Assembly (NCBI GenBank): GCA_965223465.1
Contig: OZ245025.1
Location: 2,509,900-2,573,899, forward strand
Source: Candidatus Poriferihabitaceae bacterium
Lineage (GTDB): Bacteria > Pseudomonadota > Gammaproteobacteria > Arenicellales > Poriferihabitantaceae
Direction: 5' to 3'
Length of the DNA: 64,000 nt
The position numbers and the translations under genes were made by a program. Shown one piece after another: positions 1 to 10,690 of this stretch. Each line of letters starts with the position of its first letter. Position 1 is the first letter of the stretch. The notes beneath the pieces are model-generated. The model worked only from the letters and a program-made list of their open reading frames with translations. It was not told the origin of the DNA and did no database searches.

Positions 1-1
1 G

Positions 2-166
2 ATCAGCGCGCCGTTGCAACCTTATCAATCCGACATGGCGTGTTATCACTGGATGGATGTGCGACTGAACCCAGAGGATGACGAAAAAGTTGCCGAAACC
101 ATGAATCGGATGAAAATCAAGAAATCGAAGAAAGTATTTGAGTTACCGAGGAAGGTCGCTGCATAA
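2..166 (+). CDS. 3' end of an unidentified gene (partial, runs off window start)
   Basis: Frame-2 reading frame is open from the window edge to TAA at 164-166 (...MACYHWMDVRLNPEDDEKVAETMNRMKIKKSKKVFELPRKVAA*). A terminator hairpin follows. No family recognised. Confidence 0.4.
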   Translation: MSAPLQPYQSDMACYHWMDVRLNPEDDEKVAETMNRMKIKKSKKVFELPRKVAA

Positions 167-192
167 GTTTGCGATTACTTCTAGGTGTTGAT

Positions 193-219
193 AACGCGCT
201 GGTAACAGCGCGTTTTTTT
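193..219 (+). terminator. Rho-independent terminator
   Basis: Perfect 9-bp stem aacgcgctg/cagcgcgtt (193-201 / 206-214) with gtaa loop, followed by a T-run (to 219). Confidence 0.75.
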
Positions 220-272
220 ATGTTGTCGAAAGGCAGTGCACCACAGGATTTCTGCAAATGAATGCTTCGGGC

Positions 273-2423
273 TTAAGCAGGCTGTAAATTAGCAAAGGCA
301 GCGACCAGCCACTTACTCCCCACCTGTTCAAAATTCACCAGTACCCTGGCATGTTCGCCCGCACCTTCAACGCTCACTACGGTACCCAAACCAAATTTCT
401 GGTGCAGTACTCGCCCCCCCAGGCTCAAGCCATCTGGTTCCGATGCAGTACTTTGTCGGTGGTACGATGGTGCCGAATGCAGGCGGTAGCTACGCTCTTC
501 ATGTAACAAGCTACGAGGGATTTCGGCTAAAAACCGTGATGGGTGGGTATAGTGTTCTCGACCGTGAAGACGCCGAATCTCCGCATAGCTCAGCACCAGT
601 TTTTCCATCGCGCGGGTCATCCCCACATAGCATAGGCGCCGTTCTTCTTCTAACCGACCCGGCTCATCAATAGAACGCTGATGCGGAAATAAGCCTTCTT
701 CCAGCCCGGTGAGAAACACCAGTGGAAACTCCAACCCTTTGGCAGAATGGAGGCTCATTAGTTGAACACACTCCTCCCATTCCTCGGCTTGACCTTCACC
801 GGCTTCTAACGCAGCATGGGCAATAAAAGAAGATAATGGGTCTAAGTCGTCGTCTTCATCAGCCTCGAAATTACGCGTTGCATTAATGAGTTCCTCCAGG
901 TTTTCCACTTTGGTTTCAGCACGTTCACCCTTGGCTTTTTTATAGTGTTCAAGCAGTCCAGAACGTGCCAGAATAGCATCTGTCTGTTCGTGTAACTCGA
1001 GTCCCTCTATTTCGCCCTGCATACTGGTAATCAGATCTAAAAACCGAACCACTGAAGTAGCGGCACGCGCCGCCAAGTTTTGCTCTGCCACTAGGGTTTT
1101 GGCTGCATCCCATAATGATTGATCCTGCGCGCGCGCCTGTGTACGAATAGTTTCCAGGGTTTTATTCCCGATACCACGAGTGGGTTGATTGATGATGCGT
1201 TCAAAAGCAGCGTCAGAACGGACATTACTGATGAGGCGCATATAAGCCAATGCATCTTTAATTTCCGCACGTTCAAAAAAGCGCAAGCCGCCGTAGACGC
1301 GATAAGGAATCCCCGCCCGCATTAGTTTCTCTTCAAATACGCGTGATTGCGCGTTCGAGCGATACAAAATTGCAACCGAATCGCGTGCGCGTCCTCCTTC
1401 CAGCCAGCTTTCTATATGCTCTATGACATAACGCGCTTCTTCTAGATCATTACTTGCCCCGTGTAAGATAATCGCCTCGCCATCATCGCCTGCCGTCCAA
1501 AGCTCTTTGCCCATGCGGTCACTGTTGTGTGCGATCACCGCATTGGCTGCTTTTAAGATGGTATTGGTAGAGCGATAGTTTTGTTCCAGTCGTACCAGTT
1601 GGGTGTTGCTGAAATCTTTCTCAAAATTCAAAATATTTTCCACCCGCGCGCCACGCCAACCGTAGATTGATTGATCGTCGTCCCCCACTGCGAACAGGTT
1701 TTGGCGTTCCCCAGCGAGCAATTTGAGCCATTGGTATTGAATCGAATTGGTGTCTTGAAATTCATCCACCAGAATATGCTGGTAACGCTGCTGGTATTGG
1801 GTGCGAATCACTTCATTATTTTGAAACAGCTCAAGCGTGCGCAACAGCAGTTCGGCGAAATCCACTAGGCCGCTACGTGCACAATATTTTTCATACTGTT
1901 CAAACACTTTGATCATGGTTTGTTGTTGAAAATCACCACTTTGTGGCAGGTCTGACGCGCGCCGACCTTCTTCCTTATGTGCGTTAATCGCCCACTGCAG
2001 TTGTTTGGGTGGCCAATAGGCCTCGTCCAGATCCATGTCTCTGAGCACTCGTCGAATCAGCCGGTATTGATCATCACTATCGATAATTTCAAACGTTTTA
2101 GGCAGCCCTGCCTCATCAAAATGCGCGCGTAAAATACGATGACACAGACCATGAAACGTGCCCATCATCATTGCGCCAAGCGGAACACCAAGTAACTTTT
2201 CGACCCGATTGCGCATTTCGCGTGCGGCTTTATTGGTAAAGGTCACCGCCAGAATGGATAAGGGAGAAACCTGATAACCCTCAACCAACCAGGCAATCCG
2301 ATGGGTGAGCACACGCGTTTTGCCACTTCCCGCACCCGCGAGCACGATCATCGGTCCTGGTGGGGCGGCGACCGCATCACGCTGTGCGTCATTCAATTCA
2401 TCAAAAATGTGAGAAACATCCAT
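273..2423 (-). CDS. uvrD: DNA helicase II UvrD (SF1 helicase)
   Basis: 716-aa ORF. N-terminus MDVSHIFDELNDAQRDAVAAP...LAGAGSGKTRVLTHRIAWL...AVTFTNKAAREMR is near-collinear with E. coli UvrD (720 aa). Walker A and UvrD/Rep motifs are present. Confidence 0.93.
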   Translation of the reverse strand: MDVSHIFDELNDAQRDAVAAPPGPMIVLAGAGSGKTRVLTHRIAWLVEGYQVSPLSILAVTFTNKAAREMRNRVEKLLGVPLGAMMMGTFHGLCHRILRAHFDEAGLPKTFEIIDSDDQYRLIRRVLRDMDLDEAYWPPKQLQWAINAHKEEGRRASDLPQSGDFQQQTMIKVFEQYEKYCARSGLVDFAELLLRTLELFQNNEVIRTQYQQRYQHILVDEFQDTNSIQYQWLKLLAGERQNLFAVGDDDQSIYGWRGARVENILNFEKDFSNTQLVRLEQNYRSTNTILKAANAVIAHNSDRMGKELWTAGDDGEAIILHGASNDLEEARYVIEHIESWLEGGRARDSVAILYRSNAQSRVFEEKLMRAGIPYRVYGGLRFFERAEIKDALAYMRLISNVRSDAAFERIINQPTRGIGNKTLETIRTQARAQDQSLWDAAKTLVAEQNLAARAATSVVRFLDLITSMQGEIEGLELHEQTDAILARSGLLEHYKKAKGERAETKVENLEELINATRNFEADEDDDLDPLSSFIAHAALEAGEGQAEEWEECVQLMSLHSAKGLEFPLVFLTGLEEGLFPHQRSIDEPGRLEEERRLCYVGMTRAMEKLVLSYAEIRRLHGREHYTHPSRFLAEIPRSLLHEERSYRLHSAPSYHRQSTASEPDGLSLGGRVLHQKFGLGTVVSVEGAGEHARVLVNFEQVGSKWLVAAFANLQPA

Positions 2424-2513
2424 GGGGGTATTATAGCGGCGTCGCGAAGTTTATAATTCCTGTTTCGAAGTCACGAATGATTTCACCCCTAAACAAAACT
2501 CCAACCTTCTTCC

Positions 2514-3794
2514 ATGAGCAGCAATTCAGACTTATTCAAACAAGCCAAGCAACATATTCCAGGCGGGGTGAATTCTCCCGTGCGCGCATTTAAATCGGTA
2601 GGTGGTGATCCGGTATTCATCCAGCGTGCCAAAGGCGCTTACGTTTATGATGAAAACGATAAGCGTTATATTGATTACGTTGCGTCTTACGGGCCGGTGA
2701 TTCTAGGACACAGTGATGATGAGGTAGTGGACGCGATTCAACACTCCGCTGCCAAGGGGCTAAGCTTCGGTGCGCCAACGGTCATCGAAACCGAAATGGC
2801 TGATTATTTATGTAATCGCCTGCCCTGGGTGGAAAAAGTAAGGATGGTCAATTCAGGTACAGAAGCAACCATGAGCGCGATTCGCCTGGCACGAGGGTAT
2901 ACCGGTCGCGACAAATTATTAAAATTTGAAGGTTGTTACCACGGCCACGCTGATAGTTTGCTGGTCAAAGCTGGCTCTGGTGCGCTGACCTTCGGAGTAC
3001 CTACTTCGCCCGGCGTTCCTGCCAGTGTGGCCGAGCATACCATGACGGCGACGTATAATAATCTAGACAGTATTCGTGATTTGTTCGAGGCCAACCAAGG
3101 CGAAATTGCCTGCGTTATTCTGGAGCCGGTGGCGGGGAATATGAACTGCGTGCCGCCGGTCGATGGTTTTTTGCAAGGCGTGCGGGATTTATGTGATACC
3201 CACGGGGCAGTGCTGATTATCGATGAAGTGATGACGGGTTTTCGGGTAGGGGCACAAGGCGCGCAGGGGCTTTATGGTGTGCACGGTGATCTAACTTGTC
3301 TGGGAAAAGTGATTGGTGGTGGTATGCCGGTGGGCGCCTTCGGCGGTAAGGCCGAAATCATGGATTATTTGTCACCCGATGGTGGGGTTTACCAAGCAGG
3401 TACCTTATCAGGCAACCCGGTTGCGATGGCCGCTGGGCTGACCACACTTAGAAAAACTGAGACAGAGGGATTCTATAAGGCACTTACGCAAAAAGTTCAT
3501 TTTTTAACCCAGGGTCTGCAGCAAGCGGCCGATGAAAATAATATTCCTTTTACCACCAATGCGGTGGGTGGTATGTTTGGCCTGTTCTTTACCGACGCGA
3601 GCGAGGTGAAGAATTTCCAGGACGTGATGGCGTGCGATACCGAACGCTTTGCTAAATTCTTCCACGGCATGCTCGAAGCAGGGGTGAATCTGGCCCCCGC
3701 CGCTTTTGAGGCAGGGTTTGTTTCAGCCGCGCACACTGAGGAAGATCTGCAAGCAACCATAAATGCTGCCCGGACAGTGATGAAAACATTGTAA
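2514..3794 (+). CDS. hemL: Glutamate-1-semialdehyde 2,1-aminomutase
   Basis: 426 aa. N-terminal [24 protein letters not shown] is the classic HemL signature. Class III aminotransferase fold with length typical of HemL. Confidence 0.95.
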   Translation: MSSNSDLFKQAKQHIPGGVNSPVRAFKSVGGDPVFIQRAKGAYVYDENDKRYIDYVASYGPVILGHSDDEVVDAIQHSAAKGLSFGAPTVIETEMADYLCNRLPWVEKVRMVNSGTEATMSAIRLARGYTGRDKLLKFEGCYHGHADSLLVKAGSGALTFGVPTSPGVPASVAEHTMTATYNNLDSIRDLFEANQGEIACVILEPVAGNMNCVPPVDGFLQGVRDLCDTHGAVLIIDEVMTGFRVGAQGAQGLYGVHGDLTCLGKVIGGGMPVGAFGGKAEIMDYLSPDGGVYQAGTLSGNPVAMAAGLTTLRKTETEGFYKALTQKVHFLTQGLQQAADENNIPFTTNAVGGMFGLFFTDASEVKNFQDVMACDTERFAKFFHGMLEAGVNLAPAAFEAGFVSAAHTEEDLQATINAARTVMKTL

Positions 3795-3928
3795 ATCGCT
3801 TGGTTTGTTGTGGGCTTGGCTTGTTGCGGAAAGTAGACGAATATTACATAAGCCAAAACTAATATAATAAATCACTTAACTTGTTTCATCTGTTTCGCTA
3901 TAATCGCGCGCCTTAATTTCCCCGCCAT

Positions 3929-3958
3929 ATTTAGGGTTTATGATGCCAAACCCTAAAT
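3929..3958 (+). promoter_or_regulatory. Perfect 11-bp inverted repeat (operator or 5'-UTR hairpin) upstream of the SLC13 transporter gene
   Basis: atttagggttt (3929-3939), 8 nt, aaaccctaaat (3948-3958). It lies downstream of a consensus TATAAT at 3899-3904 and about 40 nt upstream of the likely start ATG at 3999. Confidence 0.45.
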
Positions 3959-5972
3959 GTATGCGCGGATATTCTATAAATTCACCAAGCGCGGCAATAT
4001 GGCACTCAACTCTTTGGCTTTGCGGACGATTACTCTGCCCATTAAGCAAATTATTTCTCTATCTGTTTTCATCATTGTCGCCGTTTTTCTGGCTTATAGT
4101 GTACCGACCATCGAAATTGCCTGGATGATGGCAATTTTATTGTTGACTATCTATTTATTCGCTTTTGAGGTGGTGGACGTTGATATTGCGGCAGTATCGA
4201 TTATGGTCTTGCTGGGATTAAGCGATTTACTCGCTCCCTTTATGGGCTTGAGCAATGGCCTGGTAGACAATATGCATTTGTTCGATGGTTTTTCGAGTAA
4301 CGCGGTAATCTCCATTATAGCGGTAATGATAATTGGCGCTGGTCTGGATAAAACCGGTGTGATGACCACGGTTGCGGGTTATATTCTCAAGATCGGTGGG
4401 GCCTCAGAAACGCGTATTATTCCTATCATTTCCGGCACCGTCGGGATTATCTCTTCATTTATGCAAAACGTTGGGGCAGCAGCGCTGTTTTTGCCCGTCG
4501 TTTCACGTATTTCAGCGCGCTCTGGTTTGCCCATGTCGCGCTTGCTTATGCCGATGGGATTTTGCGCCATTCTTGGGGGAACAGTCACCATGATAGGCTC
4601 CTCACCGCTTATTTTACTGAATGATTTGATTTCAACCTCTAATAAAATGCTGCCTGAGGCTCAACAAATGACGACCTTTGGCTTGTTTTCGGTAACTCCA
4701 ATTGGGTTAACTCTAGTAGCGGTAGGGATTGTTTACTTTGTCTTGGCGGGGCGCTTTGTGCTGCCTGGTACGGTTAAACAACAAGGTACAACCGCAGCGA
4801 ATACTATGAAATATTTTCACGATGTATACAATATTGATTATGAGTTATTTGAATTGGTCATCCCAGACGATAGTGAAATCATTGGCAAGCATTTGGACGA
4901 CGTTGAAACGGCCTATCGGGTGCGTGTGATAGCAACCAAACTATTGGGTCAGGAAACCCGTATTGGCCCAGGGGCGCTGGATAGGGATACCGGTTTACAA
5001 AAGGGAATGGTGCTGGGGGTCGTCGCAGAGGCGGTTGATTTACTCAATTTCATCAACAAATACGGATTAAAACGACGCGATGAACTGCGCACTTTTGCCC
5101 GTGCCTTATCACCTGAAAAGGCGGGTATTGCAGAGGTCGTTATTCCTCCCAGCTCAAAACTGATCGGGAAAAGCGCACGTGATGTGTGGATGCGTAAGAC
5201 ATATGGTATTGCCATGGTCAGTTTACATCGTGATGGGGTGACGATGAACGAGGGTGATGATATTCGAAATATGCCGCTTCACTCTGGCGATACCATGGTG
5301 GTACATACTTCGTGGAGTTCGTTAGCACGGATTGAAAGTGATCCCAATTTCGTCGTGGTGACCACTGAGTATCCACGCGAAGAGCTGCGTCCACATAAAG
5401 TGGGTTGGGCGGGTTTATTTTTCGCTATTGCCCTGGGGTTGGTACTATTTACCGATACACGCTTATCCATCGCTTTATTAACTGGCGCCATTGGTATGGT
5501 GTTGTCTGGGGTGATCAATATCGATGAGGCGTACCGCGCGATTTCTTGGAAAACGGTATTTTTACTCGCATCGCTGATACCACTTGGCATGGCGGTTGAG
5601 CAAAGTGGTACGGCGAGATGGATCGCCGATCAAACCCTTGCGGTGGTGGGCGATATGCCGATTTGGGTGGTTCAATTCGTGATCGCCTTGCTTGCGACAT
5701 TTTTCACCCTGGTGATGTCAAATGTCGGGGCAACCGTCTTGCTGGTGCCCCTAGCGGTTAATATTGCACTTGGGGTGGGCGCGAATCCAGCGGTATTTGC
5801 GCTGACCGTTGCATTGGCGACCTCCAACTCTTTTCTCATTCCCACCCATCAGGTGAACGCGTTGATAATGGGGCCGGGCGGTTATCGTGTGCCGGATTAC
5901 ATCCGTGCAGGCTCCGTCATGACGATCTTATTTCTGGTGGTGATGATTGCGATGATGAATCTTCTTTTCTAA
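3957..5972 (+). CDS. SLC13/DASS-type anion permease with two central TrkA-C (RCK_C) domains
   Basis: 671-aa ORF. Polytopic N- and C-terminal halves flank a soluble about 200-aa insert with two TrkA-C-like repeats (IGKHLDD..., IGKSARD...). This architecture resembles E. coli YfbS-type transporters. The true start is probably ATG 3999 (MALNSL...). Confidence 0.8.
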   Translation: MYARIFYKFTKRGNMALNSLALRTITLPIKQIISLSVFIIVAVFLAYSVPTIEIAWMMAILLLTIYLFAFEVVDVDIAAVSIMVLLGLSDLLAPFMGLSNGLVDNMHLFDGFSSNAVISIIAVMIIGAGLDKTGVMTTVAGYILKIGGASETRIIPIISGTVGIISSFMQNVGAAALFLPVVSRISARSGLPMSRLLMPMGFCAILGGTVTMIGSSPLILLNDLISTSNKMLPEAQQMTTFGLFSVTPIGLTLVAVGIVYFVLAGRFVLPGTVKQQGTTAANTMKYFHDVYNIDYELFELVIPDDSEIIGKHLDDVETAYRVRVIATKLLGQETRIGPGALDRDTGLQKGMVLGVVAEAVDLLNFINKYGLKRRDELRTFARALSPEKAGIAEVVIPPSSKLIGKSARDVWMRKTYGIAMVSLHRDGVTMNEGDDIRNMPLHSGDTMVVHTSWSSLARIESDPNFVVVTTEYPREELRPHKVGWAGLFFAIALGLVLFTDTRLSIALLTGAIGMVLSGVINIDEAYRAISWKTVFLLASLIPLGMAVEQSGTARWIADQTLAVVGDMPIWVVQFVIALLATFFTLVMSNVGATVLLVPLAVNIALGVGANPAVFALTVALATSNSFLIPTHQVNALIMGPGGYRVPDYIRAGSVMTILFLVVMIAMMNLLF

Positions 5973-6399
5973 AGAACCATACGCATAACTATGGGTAAAT
6001 TTCTAATATTGTGTTTCACCTTCATAGCAGCAGGACATTCTGCGGTTACTTTGATCTCGGATACAGCCTTGGGAGTTGTGGATTTTAGGCATAGCAGCGC
6101 AGGTGTCGCTTCAATTATCATTTTGTGATTGCCTATCTGTTGGTGATGACAGAAGAAATAACCAATATACCTAAGTCGAAACCGGTCATTATTGCGGCTG
6201 GTTAAATCTAGGCAATAATCGGTTTAAGGTACAGTAAGTTAGGAAAATCTGAACCGGCTAAAGTCTTAGTCCTGATTAACTTGCTGGAATATGCTGAGCT
6301 AATGTTGTTTTTGTTAGTCAACTTAATTGGACGCCGGTTATCGCAATGGGTTATGCGGCCAGCATTCTAGTGCATATGTGGCTTAATTTTTAAGTAGGC

Positions 6400-8820
6400 C
6401 TAGTTGCGCTGTGCGTACCTTTGCTGAATTGGTGCAAAACGGATGACTTGTGCGTCTGCAAATTTACTTAGCCAGTAAAATTTTTGTGTGCTTCGCCAAG
6501 GTATTGCCTGAATACCAGACGCATTAAACCCAATCTGAATTGCGCCACTGCTAGCGGTTTTCAGTACATCAATATCATTATTGCGATAGCGTTGGATCAC
6601 TCGATCATGTGGGTGATTAAATTGGTTTAGATAACCGGCGCTGATTACTGCAAGCTTGGGATTGACATGCTTAATAAATGTAAGGCTTGAAGAGGTGTGG
6701 CTGCCATGATGCGGTACGAGCAGGACATCCGCGGGCAAATGTTCGCTACTCGTTGTTACCAATTTGCGTTCGACCTTTCGTTCTATATCGCCGGTGAGTA
6801 ACATGCTACCAAAGTGGCTTTGAATGTGAAGTACGCAAGAACCATTGTTTTTACTGTCCTGATTTGACGTAGCAGGATGTAAAAACCTGAATCCTACGTC
6901 GTCCCAATTCCAACCAGAGTCATCATCACAATGGGTTGATTGAGGAAAAAATCCAGCAGCAGCATAGCGTTTCGCTTCAGGGTGGGTCTCAAGTATGGCG
7001 TCAAACCCGCCATAGTGATCAATATTTTGATGGCTGGCAACCACGGTATCGACGTGTTTGATGCCGGTGTGTTGCAAAAAAGGCAATACTATCGCGCTCC
7101 CCGAATCAAAGCCTGAATCGTATTTAATGCCGGTATCGTATAACAATGTATGCTCAGCCGTTTGTACCACCACTGCCAAACCTTGGCCAACATCCAGCAC
7201 GTGTACTTTAAATTCTCCGGGTTCAATTAGGGTACCCTTCGGCAGAAATAGCGGGATAAACCCAAAGGCACCTATAAATCGGAGCCAGCCTAATTTGGGC
7301 GCCAGTAAAACGAGTGCGGCGAGCATTGCTAAGCCCACTGCCCAGAGTGGTGGGGCTGCCTGCCATATCGCATAGGAAAATTCGGACAAGCTTTCGAGTA
7401 AAGGCCAAATGAATTCCAGCAGCGTGTTTGCAAGGCTGAACAAGCCGGCGCTCAGGGATACCCAACCCATGGCAAAAAACAACAGCGCGAGTAGCACCAC
7501 GGGTACCAATAGCAGGCCAATCAGGGGAATGGCAACGGCATTGGCCGGTAGGGAGATGATTGAGAATTGACCGAAAAACAGCAGTAATAGTGGCATCAGG
7601 GCAACGAATATTGCCCATTGAATATGGGTCCATTGGCTTAGCCGTGTCGCCATGATGCTCAGCAAGCCGGGTTTCTCCGGACTGGGTGGTTCTTCAGAGA
7701 GTGACCTTGGTTGTATCACGTAGGCAATTGCGGCCACGGCGCCAAACGATAGCCACAGGCTTGCCTGTAAGGGGGCAAGTGGATCTAATACCAGTACTAC
7801 CGCCAGAACAAAGCCAAGTGCAAATAAGGTACTGGGGCTACGCCGCATCCATTGCAGGGCAAAATAGGCTAATAACATGCTAAAGGCACGCAGTGTCGGC
7901 AGGGCGAAACCTGCCAGTGCGGCATATACGAGCGCGGCAAGTAAGGCCGTCAGTTTGCCGACACGCTGCGCCGGGAATTGAGTGGTCACAAGCATGCTGT
8001 GGCGCCATAGCCATTGGCCCAGAAAGTACGCCAGGCCAGCCACCAGGCCGATATGTAAGCCTGAAATTGCAATCAAGTGCGCTGTGCCCGTATTTCGGAA
8101 AACTTGCCACTGTTGTTGGGTAATCGCGCTGCGTTCGCCGATAGAAAGCGCGCTTAAAATGCCGCCCATGCTCAAGTTCTGTGCGTCGATAAAGTCTTTT
8201 ATACGCGCACGAAACGGATCGACCATGAGGATCTGATTACGACGCTGGATTAAGTGAGCGGTTTTGGATTGGCGTACGTATCCGGTTGCGCGTATCCTCT
8301 GCGAGAAAAGCCACTTTTCGTAATTAAAGCTGCCTGGATTGACCGATCCATGGGCTGGTTTTAATTTGACGGTGAGCGCCCAGCGATCACCTGATTGTAA
8401 ATCCGGATAGGGCTTATCGTACCAATTGAGCAAAACCGGCCCTGAAAATGAGTGTGGCTGACCCTCCAGCGATACGGAATCGATCTTAAAAGCAAACCGC
8501 AATGCGTGGCTGCGCTGCTGCGCTAAGCCCTGGATGCGTCCTGTCACTACAACATCCTGTTTGACTAATTCGGCGGGTAAACTTCGTTGCAGGTTTAGTC
8601 CACCCCAAAAACTACCCCAGGCACTGCCGGTCGCGACGAGTAACAGGGTCAGCGCAAAAGCACGCATACGATGTGAGATTGTATATAAAACTGCCAATGC
8701 ACCGCCCAGCACCAGCCACTGCGTTAACCATAAAGCGGGTAAAAACTGCACTAAAATCAAGCCTATAGCCAGCCACCAGGGCCAACTGCGATACAGGCAG
8801 TGACGGGGAATAAATTTCAT
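6400..8820 (-). CDS. comEC: DNA internalisation competence protein ComEC/Rec2
   Basis: 806 aa. It has an N-terminal OB/DUF4131-like region, a multi-TM competence domain and a C-terminal metallo-beta-lactamase domain (VLDVGQGLA...ASHQNIDHYGG...VPHHGS). Confidence 0.9.
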   Translation of the reverse strand: MKFIPRHCLYRSWPWWLAIGLILVQFLPALWLTQWLVLGGALAVLYTISHRMRAFALTLLLVATGSAWGSFWGGLNLQRSLPAELVKQDVVVTGRIQGLAQQRSHALRFAFKIDSVSLEGQPHSFSGPVLLNWYDKPYPDLQSGDRWALTVKLKPAHGSVNPGSFNYEKWLFSQRIRATGYVRQSKTAHLIQRRNQILMVDPFRARIKDFIDAQNLSMGGILSALSIGERSAITQQQWQVFRNTGTAHLIAISGLHIGLVAGLAYFLGQWLWRHSMLVTTQFPAQRVGKLTALLAALVYAALAGFALPTLRAFSMLLAYFALQWMRRSPSTLFALGFVLAVVLVLDPLAPLQASLWLSFGAVAAIAYVIQPRSLSEEPPSPEKPGLLSIMATRLSQWTHIQWAIFVALMPLLLLFFGQFSIISLPANAVAIPLIGLLLVPVVLLALLFFAMGWVSLSAGLFSLANTLLEFIWPLLESLSEFSYAIWQAAPPLWAVGLAMLAALVLLAPKLGWLRFIGAFGFIPLFLPKGTLIEPGEFKVHVLDVGQGLAVVVQTAEHTLLYDTGIKYDSGFDSGSAIVLPFLQHTGIKHVDTVVASHQNIDHYGGFDAILETHPEAKRYAAAGFFPQSTHCDDDSGWNWDDVGFRFLHPATSNQDSKNNGSCVLHIQSHFGSMLLTGDIERKVERKLVTTSSEHLPADVLLVPHHGSHTSSSLTFIKHVNPKLAVISAGYLNQFNHPHDRVIQRYRNNDIDVLKTASSGAIQIGFNASGIQAIPWRSTQKFYWLSKFADAQVIRFAPIQQRYAQRN

Positions 8821-8912
8821 CGAATCAATTTGCGCAAGCTTCCTGGGTAAATATTTCCGTTATAATTGCGTGACCATTATAGCGCGGTTAGCCAGTTAGT
8901 CGTAGAAACCAG

Positions 8913-10439
8913 ATGAAGGACGAATACCTAAAAAAAATCCTCAATGCGCGCGTGTACGACGTTGCTTTCCAAAGTCCTTTACAAAAAGCAGGCCGCCTAA
9001 GCGAACGATTTAACAACACGATTTGGCTTAAGCGCGAGGATCGGCAGCAGATTTTTTGCTACAAATTGCGTGGCGCGTATAACAAGATGTCGACGCTTAG
9101 TGAAACGCAGCTCAGTAATGGCGTGGTTGCCGCTTCTGCGGGGAATCATGCGCAGGGTGTGGCATTGGCCGCACAAAAGCTCGGTTGCCAGGCGGTGATC
9201 TTTATGCCGGTTACCACGCCCGGCATTAAACGCGAAGCGGTGGAGAAGCTCGGTGGAACAGTTCGTCTGCATGGCGATAGCTATTCGGATGCGGGCGTTG
9301 CTGCACATGCGTATTGCCAGGCGCATAATATGACTTACATCCCGCCGTACGATGATCCGGATGTGATCGCCGGGCAGGGCACCGTGGCTGCAGAACTGCT
9401 GCGCCAGATTGAACACGACCTACAAGCCGTGTTTATACCGATCGGAGGGGGCGGTTTGATTTCAGGCATGGCGGCATTTATCAAGGCCGTGCGGCCAGAA
9501 ATTACGATCATAGGCGTCGAGCCGGCAGATTCAAACGCCATGATGCAGTCCATGGAGGCGGGTAAACGCGTGCTGCTGGAAAATGTAGGGATTTTTGCCG
9601 ACGGTGTGGCGGTTAAGCAGGTGGGCGAAGAGACTTTTCGCTTATGCCAGCAATATGTCGATGATTATATCAGCGTATCGACGGACGAAATGTGTGCCGC
9701 AATCAAAGACATATTTGAGGACACACGCTCGATCATGGAGCCCGCTGGCGCGTTGGGTATAGCTGGAATGAAAAAATGGCTGCAACAGGAGCGGCAAGCG
9801 GGCCAACTCCATGAGAATAAACATTATGCTACGGTATTAACTGGGGCGAATATGAATTTTGATCGTTTGCGGCATGTTTCGGAGCGGGCAGAAATTGGCG
9901 AGGGCCGTGAAACCGTAATTGCGGTCGTTATTCCCGAAAAGCCGGGTAGTTTTCAACAGTTGTTTGAAATCGTAGGCGATATGCAGATTACCGAATTTAA
10001 TTACCGTTACAGCGGGCCAGAATTAGCGAGTATTTTTATCGGTTTCAAGCGTGCGGAGCAATCCCATTTTGATGAGCGTATCGCGGCGCTAAAGATACGA
10101 GGCTATCAACCGGTTGATTTGTCCGATAATGAACTGGCCAAAGTTCATGGTCGGCATTTGGTCGGCGGCCGTGCGCCGGAATTGGATGACGAGCGTTTGT
10201 TCAGTTTTGCGTTTCCAGAACGTCCCGGCGCGCTCCTAAATTTTTTAGAGAAAATCAGTGGACGCTGGAATATAAGCCTGTTTCATTATCGTAATCACGG
10301 TTCTGATTTTGGGCGCGTGCTGTGCGGTATGCAGGTGCCGCAAGATACGGAGACCGAGTTTGAACAGTTTCTTGATGATTTGGCATATCGCTATACTGAG
10401 CAAACAAATAACCCGTTTAATGCCCTGTTTCTTTCCTAA
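8913..10439 (+). CDS. ilvA: Biosynthetic threonine ammonia-lyase (threonine dehydratase)
   Basis: 508 aa. PLP-lysine region FCYKLRGAYN, GNHAQGVA, and two C-terminal ACT-like regulatory domains, at the length of biosynthetic IlvA. Confidence 0.94.
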   Translation: MKDEYLKKILNARVYDVAFQSPLQKAGRLSERFNNTIWLKREDRQQIFCYKLRGAYNKMSTLSETQLSNGVVAASAGNHAQGVALAAQKLGCQAVIFMPVTTPGIKREAVEKLGGTVRLHGDSYSDAGVAAHAYCQAHNMTYIPPYDDPDVIAGQGTVAAELLRQIEHDLQAVFIPIGGGGLISGMAAFIKAVRPEITIIGVEPADSNAMMQSMEAGKRVLLENVGIFADGVAVKQVGEETFRLCQQYVDDYISVSTDEMCAAIKDIFEDTRSIMEPAGALGIAGMKKWLQQERQAGQLHENKHYATVLTGANMNFDRLRHVSERAEIGEGRETVIAVVIPEKPGSFQQLFEIVGDMQITEFNYRYSGPELASIFIGFKRAEQSHFDERIAALKIRGYQPVDLSDNELAKVHGRHLVGGRAPELDDERLFSFAFPERPGALLNFLEKISGRWNISLFHYRNHGSDFGRVLCGMQVPQDTETEFEQFLDDLAYRYTEQTNNPFNALFLS

Positions 10440-10444
10440 CACGT

Positions 10445-10690
10445 ATGCATAATTCAAACGAAAACATGGTAGAGCTTGTCGGGATTTACAATATTATGGG
10501 CGAAGGCCTGGTGGTTGAGTTGATGGAGAACAGCCGCGCGGCGCTGTATGATCGGCGTGGTTTGCAACACCGCATCATTGAGCGTAAAAAGCAAGGTCTG
10601 GATACGCAGGTGGAAGAACGGGCCCTGCGTCAGCTGGATAGCTTCAATACCCTGTCCGAATATGATGAGTTTTCCAACCAGCCACGTTAA
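10445..10690 (+). CDS. Hypothetical small protein, translationally coupled to nadD
   Basis: 81-aa ORF starting 5 nt after the ilvA stop. Its TAA overlaps the nadD ATG (TAATG at 10688-10692). No family recognised. Confidence 0.5.
   Translation: MHNSNENMVELVGIYNIMGEGLVVELMENSRAALYDRRGLQHRIIERKKQGLDTQVEERALRQLDSFNTLSEYDEFSNQPR

Noticed and set aside
2424-2513. Possible LexA (SOS) box in the uvrD-hemL divergent promoter region
   Set aside because: The only CTGT-containing stretch (cctgtttcgaagtcacg) does not fit CTGT-N8-ACAG. No convincing SOS box was found by eye.
5991-6128. 45-aa plus-strand ORF (MGKFLILCFTFIAAGHS...) in the 430-bp transporter-comEC spacer
   Set aside because: It is short with no clear RBS or family. 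The spacer showed no tRNA-like or other structured-RNA signature on inspection either.
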